A DNA stretch of 64,000 nucleotides from an uncultured Acidobacteriota bacterium (GTDB lineage Bacteria; Acidobacteriota; Thermoanaerobaculia; UBA5066; Gp7-AA6). The stretch covers positions 479,823 to 543,822 of the forward strand of contig CAVXOX010000005.1 in NCBI GenBank assembly GCA_963763535.1, given 5' to 3'. The notes under the pieces are model-generated. The model was given only the letters and a program-made list of their open reading frames with translations, ran no database searches and had not been told where the DNA came from. This document shows positions 40,081-48,231 of this stretch, piece after piece (the first letter of the stretch is position 1; each line of letters opens with the position of its first letter). Made by a program: the position numbers and the translations under genes.

Positions 40081-41361
40081 CTACAGGTCCCTCAGTCCGT
40101 ACGCCTCGGCGACGACCTGGATCGGGTGCTTCGGCCTCTGACCCGTGCCCTGGTGGATCTGCACGCCGGCGAGCGGACAGTCGGTCGCGACGACATCGGG
40201 CCGTTCCGCCGCGACGGCGGCGAACACGGGCGAGCCGTACTTCATGGACATCGGGAAGTACTCGGTCTTCATGCTCCAGGTGCCGTCGTGCCCCGTGCAC
40301 TTCTCGACCGTGACGACCTCGGCGCCCGGAATGAGCTGCAGGAGGTCGCGGGACTTGAAGCCGATGTCCTGGACCTTCAGGTGGCACGGCACCTGATAGA
40401 GCACCTTGCGCGGGGAGCGCTGGAAATCGGTGGAGAGCTTTCCGGAGGCGTGCCGGCGCATGAGGTACTCGCTCAGGTCGAGCGTGGCCGCGGCGACTTC
40501 CTTCGCCTCCTCTTCGCCGCCGAGCACCGGGTACTCCTTCTTGAGCATCAGGCTGCAGGTCGGCCCGGGGACGACGACCGTGTAGCCGGCGCGGACGAGC
40601 GGCAGGAGGGACGTCACGTTGTCCCAGCGGCACTCGCGCGCCGCGTCCAGGTCGCCGTTCTCGAGGACCGGCATGCCGCAGCAGCGTTGCGGCGGCACGA
40701 CGACCTCGCAGCCATTCTTCTCGAGCACCGCCACGGCGGCGCGGCCGATCTCCGGGTTGTTCGCGTTGACGGCGCACGTGACGAAGAGCGCGACGCGGTC
40801 GGTCCGCGGCGCGCGCTCGGACGGCGTCGTGGCGCCGCCCCGCCGCTCCCACCACTGGAGGAACGTTTCGGACGCCCACGTCGGCAGCAGCCGATCGCGA
40901 TGCACGCCGAGCGTCTTCTCCATCAGCACGCGGGCCCAGCGGGCCTCCGAGAGGGCGTTGGCGACCGGGGCGACGACGGTCGCCACGCGTCCCATCGCGT
41001 CGGTCGAGGCCAGGATGCGCTCGCGAAAACCGGGCTTGCCGTCGTGCTTGAGCCGGGCGGCGCGGTCGCGGAGCACGAGGCGCGGAATGTCGACCTCCCA
41101 GCGGTGGGGCGGGTAGTACGGGCAGTGAGGAATGCAGAGCTTGCACTCGAAGCAGAGGTCCGAGAAGCCGGCGAGGTCTTTCGTCGTGAGTCGATCGACC
41201 TCGCCGTCCACCTCCGGGCGATCGAGCGCCCGGAAGAGGACATCGAAGGAGGGACACAGGTTGTAGCAGCGGCGGCAGGTGTGGCAGATGTCCGAGACTC
41301 GACGCAGCTCCTTGTCCACGGAGACCGGGTCGTAGAAGTCGAGCGCCGACGGATCGAACAT
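40081..41361 (-). CDS. (Fe-S)-binding protein with two CCG cysteine-rich domains (heterodisulfide reductase D / GlpC-like)
   Basis: CHTCRRCYNLCP and CFECKLCIPHCP 4Fe-4S motifs at the N-terminus. Two CCG-type motifs (…CCGMP…, …CPLAG…) at the C-terminus. Confidence 0.85.
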   Translation of the reverse strand: MFDPSALDFYDPVSVDKELRRVSDICHTCRRCYNLCPSFDVLFRALDRPEVDGEVDRLTTKDLAGFSDLCFECKLCIPHCPYYPPHRWEVDIPRLVLRDRAARLKHDGKPGFRERILASTDAMGRVATVVAPVANALSEARWARVLMEKTLGVHRDRLLPTWASETFLQWWERRGGATTPSERAPRTDRVALFVTCAVNANNPEIGRAAVAVLEKNGCEVVVPPQRCCGMPVLENGDLDAARECRWDNVTSLLPLVRAGYTVVVPGPTCSLMLKKEYPVLGGEEEAKEVAAATLDLSEYLMRRHASGKLSTDFQRSPRKVLYQVPCHLKVQDIGFKSRDLLQLIPGAEVVTVEKCTGHDGTWSMKTEYFPMSMKYGSPVFAAVAAERPDVVATDCPLAGVQIHQGTGQRPKHPIQVVAEAYGLRDL

Positions 41362-41371
41362 CTGCCTCCCT

Positions 41372-41489
41372 TACCGATTCAGCCTGTCATTCCGATACCG
41401 ATTCAGCCTGTCATTCCGAGCGTAGCGAGGAATCCCGTCCGGGTCGAGATGCGGGATGACTGGCGACGGGCTCATGCCCTCGGGATGAC
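41372..41489. repeat. Composite repeat locus: 25-nt tandem duplication plus direct and inverted GTCATyCCGAG units
   Basis: taccgattcagcctgtcattccga x2, then gtcattccgagcgtagcgaggaatccc, then inverted units gtccgggtcgagatgcgggatgac and gggctcatgccctcgggatgac. Lies between rubrerythrin and the Fe-S gene. Confidence 0.65.
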
Positions 41490-41511
41490 CTTCGGCCGTG
41501 CGGGCCGCCGG

Positions 41512-41937
41512 TCAGAACTTGCCGAGGTTGTCCAGGCCCTTCTGGAAGCGGCCGGCGTGCGACTTCTCGGCGCGCGCCAGCGTCTCGAACCACTCCGCGA
41601 CCTCCGTGAAGCCCTCCTCGCGGGCCGTCTTCGAGAAGCCCGGGTACATCTGCGTGTACTCGTACGTCTCGCCCTCGACGGCGGACTTCAGGTTGTCGTT
41701 CGTGCCGCCGATCGCGAAGCCGGTGGCCGGATCGCCGACCTCCTTCAGGAAGTCGAGATGGCCGAACGCGTGGCCCGTCTCGGCCTCGGCGGTGTCCCGG
41801 AACAGGCCGCCGATCTCGGGATAGCCCTCGATGTCGGCGCGGCGGGCGAAGTACATGTACCGGCGGTTGGCCTGCGACTCGCCGGCGAAAGCGTGCTTGA
41901 GGTTCTCGTGCGTCTTGGTGTTCGACAGTTTGGGCAT
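41512..41937 (-). CDS. rbr: Rubrerythrin
   Basis: [35 protein letters not shown]...EAETGHAF... diiron ExxH motifs. Perfect AAGGAGGGGA SD 4 nt upstream. The listed ORF 41512..42267 has 110 spurious N-terminal codons. Confidence 0.9.
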   Translation of the reverse strand: MPKLSNTKTHENLKHAFAGESQANRRYMYFARRADIEGYPEIGGLFRDTAEAETGHAFGHLDFLKEVGDPATGFAIGGTNDNLKSAVEGETYEYTQMYPGFSKTAREEGFTEVAEWFETLARAEKSHAGRFQKGLDNLGKF

Positions 41938-41948
41938 GGGTCCCCTCC

Positions 41949-42362
41949 TTATCCGTTGCTCGATGGGCCGCGCCGGCACTTCCGGCAGAGCCCTTGAAAC
42001 TCGAGAGTGCGTCCCTCGACCGAAAAGCCCCGCGCGCGCAGCCGCCGCTCGGCGGGAAGCACCTCCGGCGCCCGCGGGATGTCCATCAGCAGCCCGCACC
42101 GCACGCACGCGAAGTGGTCGTGGAGCTCGAGATCGGCGTCGTAGCGCGTGAGCCCGTCCCGCTCGAAGGAACGCAGCCTTCCCTCCGCGACGAGGCGCTG
42201 CAAGTTCCGGTAGATCGTCCCGAGCGAGACCCGCGGCAGCTGGCGGCGGACGGCCGCAAACACCCATTCCGCGGTGGGGTGCGCTCGGTTCGTCGAGACG
42301 GCCTCGAGCACCAGGCGCTGCTGGCGCGTCGAGCGGCGGGCGGGTCGGGCGATGGCATCCAT
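41949..42362 (-). CDS. Fur-family transcriptional regulator, PerR-like
   Basis: MDAIARPARRSTRQQRLVLEAV...HDHFACVRCG...CRKC. Fur fold with the structural Zn CxxC pairs. Immediately upstream of rbr, so PerR is likely. Confidence 0.8.
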   Translation of the reverse strand: MDAIARPARRSTRQQRLVLEAVSTNRAHPTAEWVFAAVRRQLPRVSLGTIYRNLQRLVAEGRLRSFERDGLTRYDADLELHDHFACVRCGLLMDIPRAPEVLPAERRLRARGFSVEGRTLEFQGLCRKCRRGPSSNG

Positions 42363-42517
42363 ATCAGTAAGAATTCCTATTATTGTTAAAAGCGAGCCGG
42401 TGTCAAGGGCCTTGTCGAATCGGACACCGACTCGCTCACGAAACCATGATGCGAGATACCGGATGCAAGATGTGAAAGCTCCAGGAACCCGCGCCGATCC
42501 CGCATCCCGCGTGTTTT
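42363..42517. promoter_or_regulatory. Divergent promoter/operator region between the Fur-family gene and the 1270-aa flavoprotein. Locally AT-rich.
   Basis: atcagtaagaattcctattattgttaaaag is AT-rich in a 70% GC genome. A 7-bp inverted repeat cggtgtc-N21-gacaccg is also present. No strong match to a canonical Fur/PerR box. Confidence 0.3.
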
Positions 42518-45500
42518 GTGATCGGGACAGAATCCGACCTCTCGCCGGAATCACGATCACCACTCACAGGTCACCAATGGCGCAAACGACTCCCCGCATC
42601 CTGCAGCGAAAATCGACCGCTGCTAAAATCCCTCGCCTTGGAAACCGACGTCGCATCGTCACGAACCGCCGAGAGGGACTTCCCTCTCGGCGAAGCCGGC
42701 TTCACCTACCAGGACCTCCACCGCGATGATCGCCTCGCGGCTCTCGACCGGGCCTTCCGGAAGGAGCTCGAGCGGGAGAACGCGGGCCTCGCCGCGCGCT
42801 TCGAGACCTACCGCTCGGATCCGGCCGCCTTCGATCCGGTCTCGCGCTCCCGGCTCCTGATCGAGGCCGCCCGGCCGCTCTCGGCCTTCATCGCGCGGCT
42901 CTTCGGCATCGAGCCCGAAGCGGAGAGCCGTCGCGCGCGCGCCGTCCCCGAGGCCGTGCTCTTCCGGTTCCGTCGCGATTTCCTGCTGCGCCGCGCGGTG
43001 AAGGCGCCGCTGCCGGAGCCCCTCGATGCGGCCGGCCTCGAGTCGCTGCGGGCCGCCGCGCTCGCGCTCGAGCGCGAGGTCCATCCCGAGCTCCCGTGGA
43101 CGACCGACCCGGAGCTCGCCACGTCGCAGATGATTGCCGGCCTGCTCGATCTCGAGAGCGCCTTCATCGCCACGCTCCGGCAGAAGAAGGCGCCGGAGGT
43201 CCCGCCGGCGGCGCGGGAGCGGGCGACGACGCTCGCTCGCCGGGCCGCGGCGTCTGCGGCCGCGTCGCTCCCGAAGCCGGAAGGCGAGGACGACGCCGCC
43301 CTGCTGGCCTTCCTCGAACGGACGCTCGAACGGTACGCGGTCTGGTGCCGGCTGCGGCGCGAGCACCCGGGCCTCGCGGGCGAGGTCCGCGAGTGGGTCT
43401 CGTTCCGGCTCCCCGAGCCCCTCGACTATCAGCGGCTCGTCCCGACCGAGAGGCCGGACCCGACTCTCCCGGAAGCGCGCGTCGGCCCCGCGGACCGGCG
43501 GCGGCGTCGCGAGGGGTTCGGCCTGACCGACCCGCGGATGACGCGGCGCGAGACGCTCGGCGAGGCCCACTACTGCCTCCTGTGCCACGATCGCGAGAAG
43601 GACTCCTGCTCGAAGGGTTTCTACGACGCCAAGACCGAGACGTGGCAGAAGAATCCCCTCGGCATCGCGCTGAAGGGCTGCCCCCTCGACGAGAAGATCT
43701 CGGAGATGCACGCGCTCTGGCGCGAGGGCGACTCGATCGGCGCACTCGCCCTCGTCTGCATCGACAACCCGATGTGCCCCGGCACCGGCCACCGGATCTG
43801 CAACGACTGCATGAAGGGCTGCATCTTCCAGAAGCAGGACCCCGTCAACATCCCGCAGGCCGAGACCGGCGTCCTCACCGACGTCCTGTCGCTGCCCTGG
43901 GGCGTCGAGATCTACGGCCTCCTGACGCGCTGGAATCCGTTGAACCCGCTGCGCCCCTTTCCGCGTCCCTACGCGGGACGGAAGGTCCTCGTGGTCGGGC
44001 TCGGTCCCGCGGGCTACACGCTCGCCCACTACCTGCTCAACGAGGGCCTCGGCGTCGCGGGCATCGACGGGCTGAAGATCGAGTCCCTGCCGGCGGCATG
44101 GACCGGCGCCGACGGAGGCGGGATCCGGCCGATCCGCGACTACGCGGAGATCGCGGGGCCGCTCGACCGCCGCCCCCTCGCCGGATTCGGCGGCGTCTCC
44201 GAGTACGGCATTACCGTGCGCTGGGACAAGAACTTCCTGACGCTCATCCACCTGACGCTCGCGCGCCGCCGGCGCTTCGCCATCGTCGGCGGCGTGCGGT
44301 TCGGCGGGACGATCCAGGCCGAGCAGGCGTTCGACGCGGGCTTCGACCACGTCGCGATCGCGGCCGGCGCGGGCCGGCCGACGATCATCCCGATGAAGAA
44401 CAACATCATCCGGGGCGTGCGCAAGGCCTCCGACTTCCTGATGGCGCTCCAGCTGACGGGCGCCTTCAAGGACGAGGCGCTCGCCAACCTCCAGGCCGAG
44501 CTCCCCGCCGTCGTCATCGGCGGCGGGCTGACCGCGATCGACACGGCGACCGAGCTCCTGGCGTATTACCCGGTCCAGGCGGAGAAGACGCTCGTTCGCT
44601 ACGAGGCGCTCGTCGCGGAGCGGGGCGAGAGCGGCGTGCGCACGACGTTCGACCCGGAGGAACGCGAGGTCCTCGACCGGCTCCTCGCCCACGGCCTCGC
44701 CGTGCGGAAGGAGCGCGAGAGGGCGCACGCCGCCGGCGAGAAGCCCGACCTCGCGAGGCTATGCCGCCAGTGGGGCGGCGTCTCGATCGCCTACCGCCGC
44801 ACGCTCGAGGAGTCGCCCGCCTACCGCCTCAACCACGAGGAGGTCATCAAGGCGCTCGAGGAGGGGATCACCTTCATCGAGACGCTCGAGCCGGAGGAGG
44901 CCGTGCCCGACGAGTTCGGGAAGCTGAAGGCCGTTCGGTTTCAGCGCGGGGGCTCGGGCGAGGTGGTCGAGCTGCCGGCGCGCAGCCTCCTCGTCGCCGC
45001 GGGGACCACGCCCAACATCACCTATGCCAAGGAGTATCCGTCCGCCGTCGCGCTCGACCCGAAGCGGCGCTTCTTCGCCCCCCACCGGGCGATGCCCATG
45101 CCCGAAGGCGCCGGATGGAGGCTCGTTCCCGCGCCGGCGGAGGACGAGGGCGCGTTCTTCACGGGTTTCTCGCGGGGCGGCAAGTTCATGACGTTCTTCG
45201 GCGACAACCACCCCGTCTACAACGGGAACGTCGTCAAGGCGATGGCCTCCGCGCGCAACGGTTACCGCGCGATCGCCGAGGTCGTCAACGGCCGGGACGA
45301 CGCTCCCGTGCCCGACGCCGAGTGGGACGCCTTTCGCGCGGATCTGGAGGACGACCTCGGGGCCCGCGTCGTCGCGGTCGAGCGCCTGACCCCGACGATC
45401 GTCGAGGTCGTCGTGCGCGCGCCGGCGGCGGCCCGCAACTTCCAGCCGGGCCAGTTCTTCCGGCTGCAGAACCTCGAGCGCACCGCGCCGCGCGTCGGCG

Positions 45501-46330
45501 AGACGCCGCTCCTGATCGAGCCCTGCGCGCTGACCGGCGCGTGGGTGGACCAGGAGAAGGGACTCCTCTCGATGATCGCGCTCGAGATCGGCGGGTCGAC
45601 GCGCCTCTGCTCCGTGCTCCGGCCCGGGGAGCCGGTCGTCGCGATGGGCCCGACCGGGACCGCGACGGAGCTTCCGGAGAGATCGACCGTGATGCTGTGC
45701 GGCGGCGGGCTCGGCAACGCCGTGCTCTTCTCGATCGGGAAGAAGGCCCGCGCCCTCGGCAACCGGGTCGTGTACTTCGCCGGCTACAAGAAGGCCGAGG
45801 ACTTCTACAAGCGCGAGGAGCTGGAGAGGGCGGCCGACGCCCTGATCCTGTCGGTCGACCGCGGCGAGGCCATTCCGGCCCGGCGGCCCACGGACCGGAG
45901 CTTCGTCGGCAACATCGTCGAGGCGATGACCGCCTATTCGACCGGCCGGCTCGGCGAGATCGCGATCCCCCTCTCCGACGTCGAGCGGGTCATCGTCATC
46001 GGATCCGATCGGATGATGGCCGCGGTCGCGCGCGCGCGAAAGACCGTGCTCGCGCCGTTCCTGCGGCCGGACCACGTCGGCATCGCGTCGATCAACTCGC
46101 CGATGCAGTGCATGATGAAGGAAGTCTGCGCCCAGTGCCTCCAGAAGCACGTGGACCCCGAGACGGGGCGCGAGGAGATCGTCTTCTCCTGCTTCAACCA
46201 GGACCAGAAGATGGACCACATGGACTGGGGCAATCTCGCCGCCCGTCTGCGTCAGAACACGGTGTCCGAAAAGCTGACCAACCTCTGGATGGACCACCTG
46301 TTCGCGCAGAGCGATCCGCGAACGATCTAA
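42518..46330 (+). CDS. Multi-module oxidoreductase: N-terminal unknown domain, GltD/SudA-like 4Fe-4S plus FAD/NAD(P) module, and C-terminal PyrK/SudB-like FNR module with a 2Fe-2S Cys cluster
   Basis: CLLCHDREKDSC...CPLDEK...CIDNPMCPGTGHRICNDCMKGC. GxGxxG (VLVVGLGPAGYTLAHYL) and a second Rossmann motif (VVIGGGLTAIDTATEL). C-terminal FNR-like LCGGGLGNAV...NSPMQCMMKEVCAQC. Start uncertain. Confidence 0.8.
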   Translation: MIGTESDLSPESRSPLTGHQWRKRLPASCSENRPLLKSLALETDVASSRTAERDFPLGEAGFTYQDLHRDDRLAALDRAFRKELERENAGLAARFETYRSDPAAFDPVSRSRLLIEAARPLSAFIARLFGIEPEAESRRARAVPEAVLFRFRRDFLLRRAVKAPLPEPLDAAGLESLRAAALALEREVHPELPWTTDPELATSQMIAGLLDLESAFIATLRQKKAPEVPPAARERATTLARRAAASAAASLPKPEGEDDAALLAFLERTLERYAVWCRLRREHPGLAGEVREWVSFRLPEPLDYQRLVPTERPDPTLPEARVGPADRRRRREGFGLTDPRMTRRETLGEAHYCLLCHDREKDSCSKGFYDAKTETWQKNPLGIALKGCPLDEKISEMHALWREGDSIGALALVCIDNPMCPGTGHRICNDCMKGCIFQKQDPVNIPQAETGVLTDVLSLPWGVEIYGLLTRWNPLNPLRPFPRPYAGRKVLVVGLGPAGYTLAHYLLNEGLGVAGIDGLKIESLPAAWTGADGGGIRPIRDYAEIAGPLDRRPLAGFGGVSEYGITVRWDKNFLTLIHLTLARRRRFAIVGGVRFGGTIQAEQAFDAGFDHVAIAAGAGRPTIIPMKNNIIRGVRKASDFLMALQLTGAFKDEALANLQAELPAVVIGGGLTAIDTATELLAYYPVQAEKTLVRYEALVAERGESGVRTTFDPEEREVLDRLLAHGLAVRKERERAHAAGEKPDLARLCRQWGGVSIAYRRTLEESPAYRLNHEEVIKALEEGITFIETLEPEEAVPDEFGKLKAVRFQRGGSGEVVELPARSLLVAAGTTPNITYAKEYPSAVALDPKRRFFAPHRAMPMPEGAGWRLVPAPAEDEGAFFTGFSRGGKFMTFFGDNHPVYNGNVVKAMASARNGYRAIAEVVNGRDDAPVPDAEWDAFRADLEDDLGARVVAVERLTPTIVEVVVRAPAAARNFQPGQFFRLQNLERTAPRVGETPLLIEPCALTGAWVDQEKGLLSMIALEIGGSTRLCSVLRPGEPVVAMGPTGTATELPERSTVMLCGGGLGNAVLFSIGKKARALGNRVVYFAGYKKAEDFYKREELERAADALILSVDRGEAIPARRPTDRSFVGNIVEAMTAYSTGRLGEIAIPLSDVERVIVIGSDRMMAAVARARKTVLAPFLRPDHVGIASINSPMQCMMKEVCAQCLQKHVDPETGREEIVFSCFNQDQKMDHMDWGNLAARLRQNTVSEKLTNLWMDHLFAQSDPRTI

Positions 46331-46371
46331 TTCCTGTACCGAGCCTGAGGCTCCACTCCCGAATCTCTGCG

Positions 46372-46462
46372 GTCATCCCGAGGGCGTGAGCCCGAGGGAT
46401 CCCGGACTCGACACGGTAATCGGCTCCTCGAGGACGGGATTCCTCGCTTCGCTCGGAATGAC
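46372..46462. repeat. Inverted pair of GTCATCCCGAG…GGGATCCC / GGGATTCCTCG…CTCGGAATGAC repeat units with a 32-nt spacer
   Basis: gtcatcccgagggcgtgagcccgagggatccc …32 nt… gggattcctcgcttcgctcggaatgac. Lies 42 nt after the stop of the 1270-aa gene. Confidence 0.65.
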
Positions 46463-46507
46463 GCGATTGGGGATGGAGAGCGTACTCTCCGAGGAAGCGA
46501 AGACGGT

Positions 46508-47452
46508 CTAGGGCACCGAGGCGAGGAAGATCAGGTACGGGTTGATCGCGATCCCCGCCTTGAAGTTGTCGTCGTCCTCGGGCAGGCGGGTGATCGAGAA
46601 GTGCAGGTGGGCACCCCCGATCACGTGACCGGTCCTTCCGACGTAGGCGATCACGTCGCCCTTGTGCACCTTGCGGCCCTGCTGGAGGCTGGCGGCGTAC
46701 CGGGTCAGGTGGCAGTAGTAGAGAAGGTAGCGGCCGGTGGAGTCCTTCTGGTAGAGGGTGATCCCGCCGCGTTTCTCCCGGCGCAGCATGATGACCTCGC
46801 CGTCGGCCGCCGCGAGCACGGGGGTCCCCTTCGGAGCGCCGATGTCGATCGCCAGGTGCTGCCGGTGCTGGCCCCGCGAGTTCAGGAACGAATCCTTCAG
46901 GCGGCTCGCGTCGACGCCCTCGACCGGGATCTGGACCCCCGCCGTCAGGAGGTCGGTCAGGTCCACGTCTTCCGGTCGGATCGTCGAGGCGGCCGACTTC
47001 GGCCGCAGCAGCGAACCGAGCTTTCGGGCGGCGAGGGTCAGCGGGCTCGGCCTCGGAGGCACGCCGACGCCCTCGTCATCGGCGACGTCGTCGTCGGGTC
47101 CCTCGTCCAGCGCCGCCGCGTGCTCCCGAACCTCGACGACCGCGTCGAACGCCTTGCACACCGGGCGGGGATAGTCGTACGCCTGGGGCGGCAGGAACGG
47201 CCCGTAGGCTTCGCGGACCGCCGCGGCGGCCTTCTCCGGCGGCTTTCGTGGGGCGGCGTGGCGCTTCCTTCCGGAAGAACTCGTCGAGGAGGGAGATGAA
47301 GCCGGCGGGGAGACTCTGTTCGACTTCCGAGTGGTTTTCGCCTCGACGGGCGGACAAACCACCAGAAGGAGCCCGGCGGCAATGAGGGCCGCCGGAATGG
47401 ACGCCGGTTTATGCACGGGCGGATTATCCCGGCGGCCCCGCGCGAGGGTCAA
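46508..47452 (-). CDS. M23 family metallopeptidase (LytM-like), secreted
   Basis: Signal peptide or TM anchor, then C-terminal HxxxD...HLHFSI motifs (AIDIGAPKGTPVLAAADGEV...GAHLHFSIT). Confidence 0.8.
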   Translation of the reverse strand: MTLARGRRDNPPVHKPASIPAALIAAGLLLVVCPPVEAKTTRKSNRVSPPASSPSSTSSSGRKRHAAPRKPPEKAAAAVREAYGPFLPPQAYDYPRPVCKAFDAVVEVREHAAALDEGPDDDVADDEGVGVPPRPSPLTLAARKLGSLLRPKSAASTIRPEDVDLTDLLTAGVQIPVEGVDASRLKDSFLNSRGQHRQHLAIDIGAPKGTPVLAAADGEVIMLRREKRGGITLYQKDSTGRYLLYYCHLTRYAASLQQGRKVHKGDVIAYVGRTGHVIGGAHLHFSITRLPEDDDNFKAGIAINPYLIFLASVP

Positions 47453-47524
47453 GCCAAAAAGACCAATCGGCTCAATTAATTATGGTGAAACAGCATACGG
47501 CGCGGGCACGCCGTTCGGGCCAAC

Positions 47525-48085
47525 CTAGGCTCTCTCGAGGTAGCTGTTGTCGCGCGTGTCGATCTTGATCCGGATGCCGGCCTCGACGAATTGCGGCACC
47601 ATCACCTGCAGCCCCGTCTCGAGCGTCGCCGGCTTGTAGGACGCCGACGCCGTCGCGCCCTTCATGCCCGGCTGCGTCTCGGTCACCTTCAGCGTGACGG
47701 TGTTCGGCAGCTCGATCCCGACGGGATTGCCGTCGTAGAAGTCCACGTGGATCGCCGTGTTCGGCAGCAGGTACTTCATCTGCTCGCCGATGACCTCGTC
47801 GGAGAGGGTGACCTGGTCGTAGGTGGTCTGGTCCATGAAGTGATGCCCGGCCGCGTCCGAGTACAGGTACTCCATCTCCCGCTCGTCCAGCGACGCCTTC
47901 TCGACGCGGTCGGTCGAGCCGAAGCGGTGCTCGTTCATGGAGCCCGAGCGGACGTTGCGCATCTTCGCCTGGACGAAGCCGCGCAGGTTCCCGGGAGTCT
48001 TGTGGACCATGTCGTGGACGCGGTGCAGCTCGCCGTTGTGGATGATGAGCATGCCGCTGCGCAGTTGAGTCGCCGGAATCATCAT
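47525..48085 (-). CDS. efp: Translation elongation factor P
   Basis: 186 aa. KPGKG-loop equivalent (HKTPGNLRGFVQAKMRN). Three OB domains. Confidence 0.9.
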   Translation of the reverse strand: MMIPATQLRSGMLIIHNGELHRVHDMVHKTPGNLRGFVQAKMRNVRSGSMNEHRFGSTDRVEKASLDEREMEYLYSDAAGHHFMDQTTYDQVTLSDEVIGEQMKYLLPNTAIHVDFYDGNPVGIELPNTVTLKVTETQPGMKGATASASYKPATLETGLQVMVPQFVEAGIRIKIDTRDNSYLERA

Positions 48086-48175
48086 GAGACCTGTCCCCCG
48101 AAAAGACGGCGAAATCTAGCAGAACCGGGGTCTGCCGTCCACCGCCGCAAGAAACGGCCACGTCCGGCCGCCCCC

Positions 48176-48209
48176 AAAGAAAAAGCCCCGGTGCGAGCTG
48201 CCCCGGGGC
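48176..48209 (-). terminator. Rho-independent terminator after the GDSL-hydrolase gene
   Basis: Minus-strand transcript reads gccccggggcagctcgcaccggggc followed by tttttctttgg. 7-bp GC stem plus U-tract. Confidence 0.55.
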
Positions 48210-48231
48210 TTCGAGTGGCCGTGGAGAAGGA

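Noticed and set aside
42659-46389. 689-aa minus-strand and 1097-aa plus-strand ORFs overlapping the 1270-aa flavoprotein gene
   Set aside because: Wrong-frame shadows. The 1270-aa frame carries all the recognisable Fe-S, FAD and NAD motifs.
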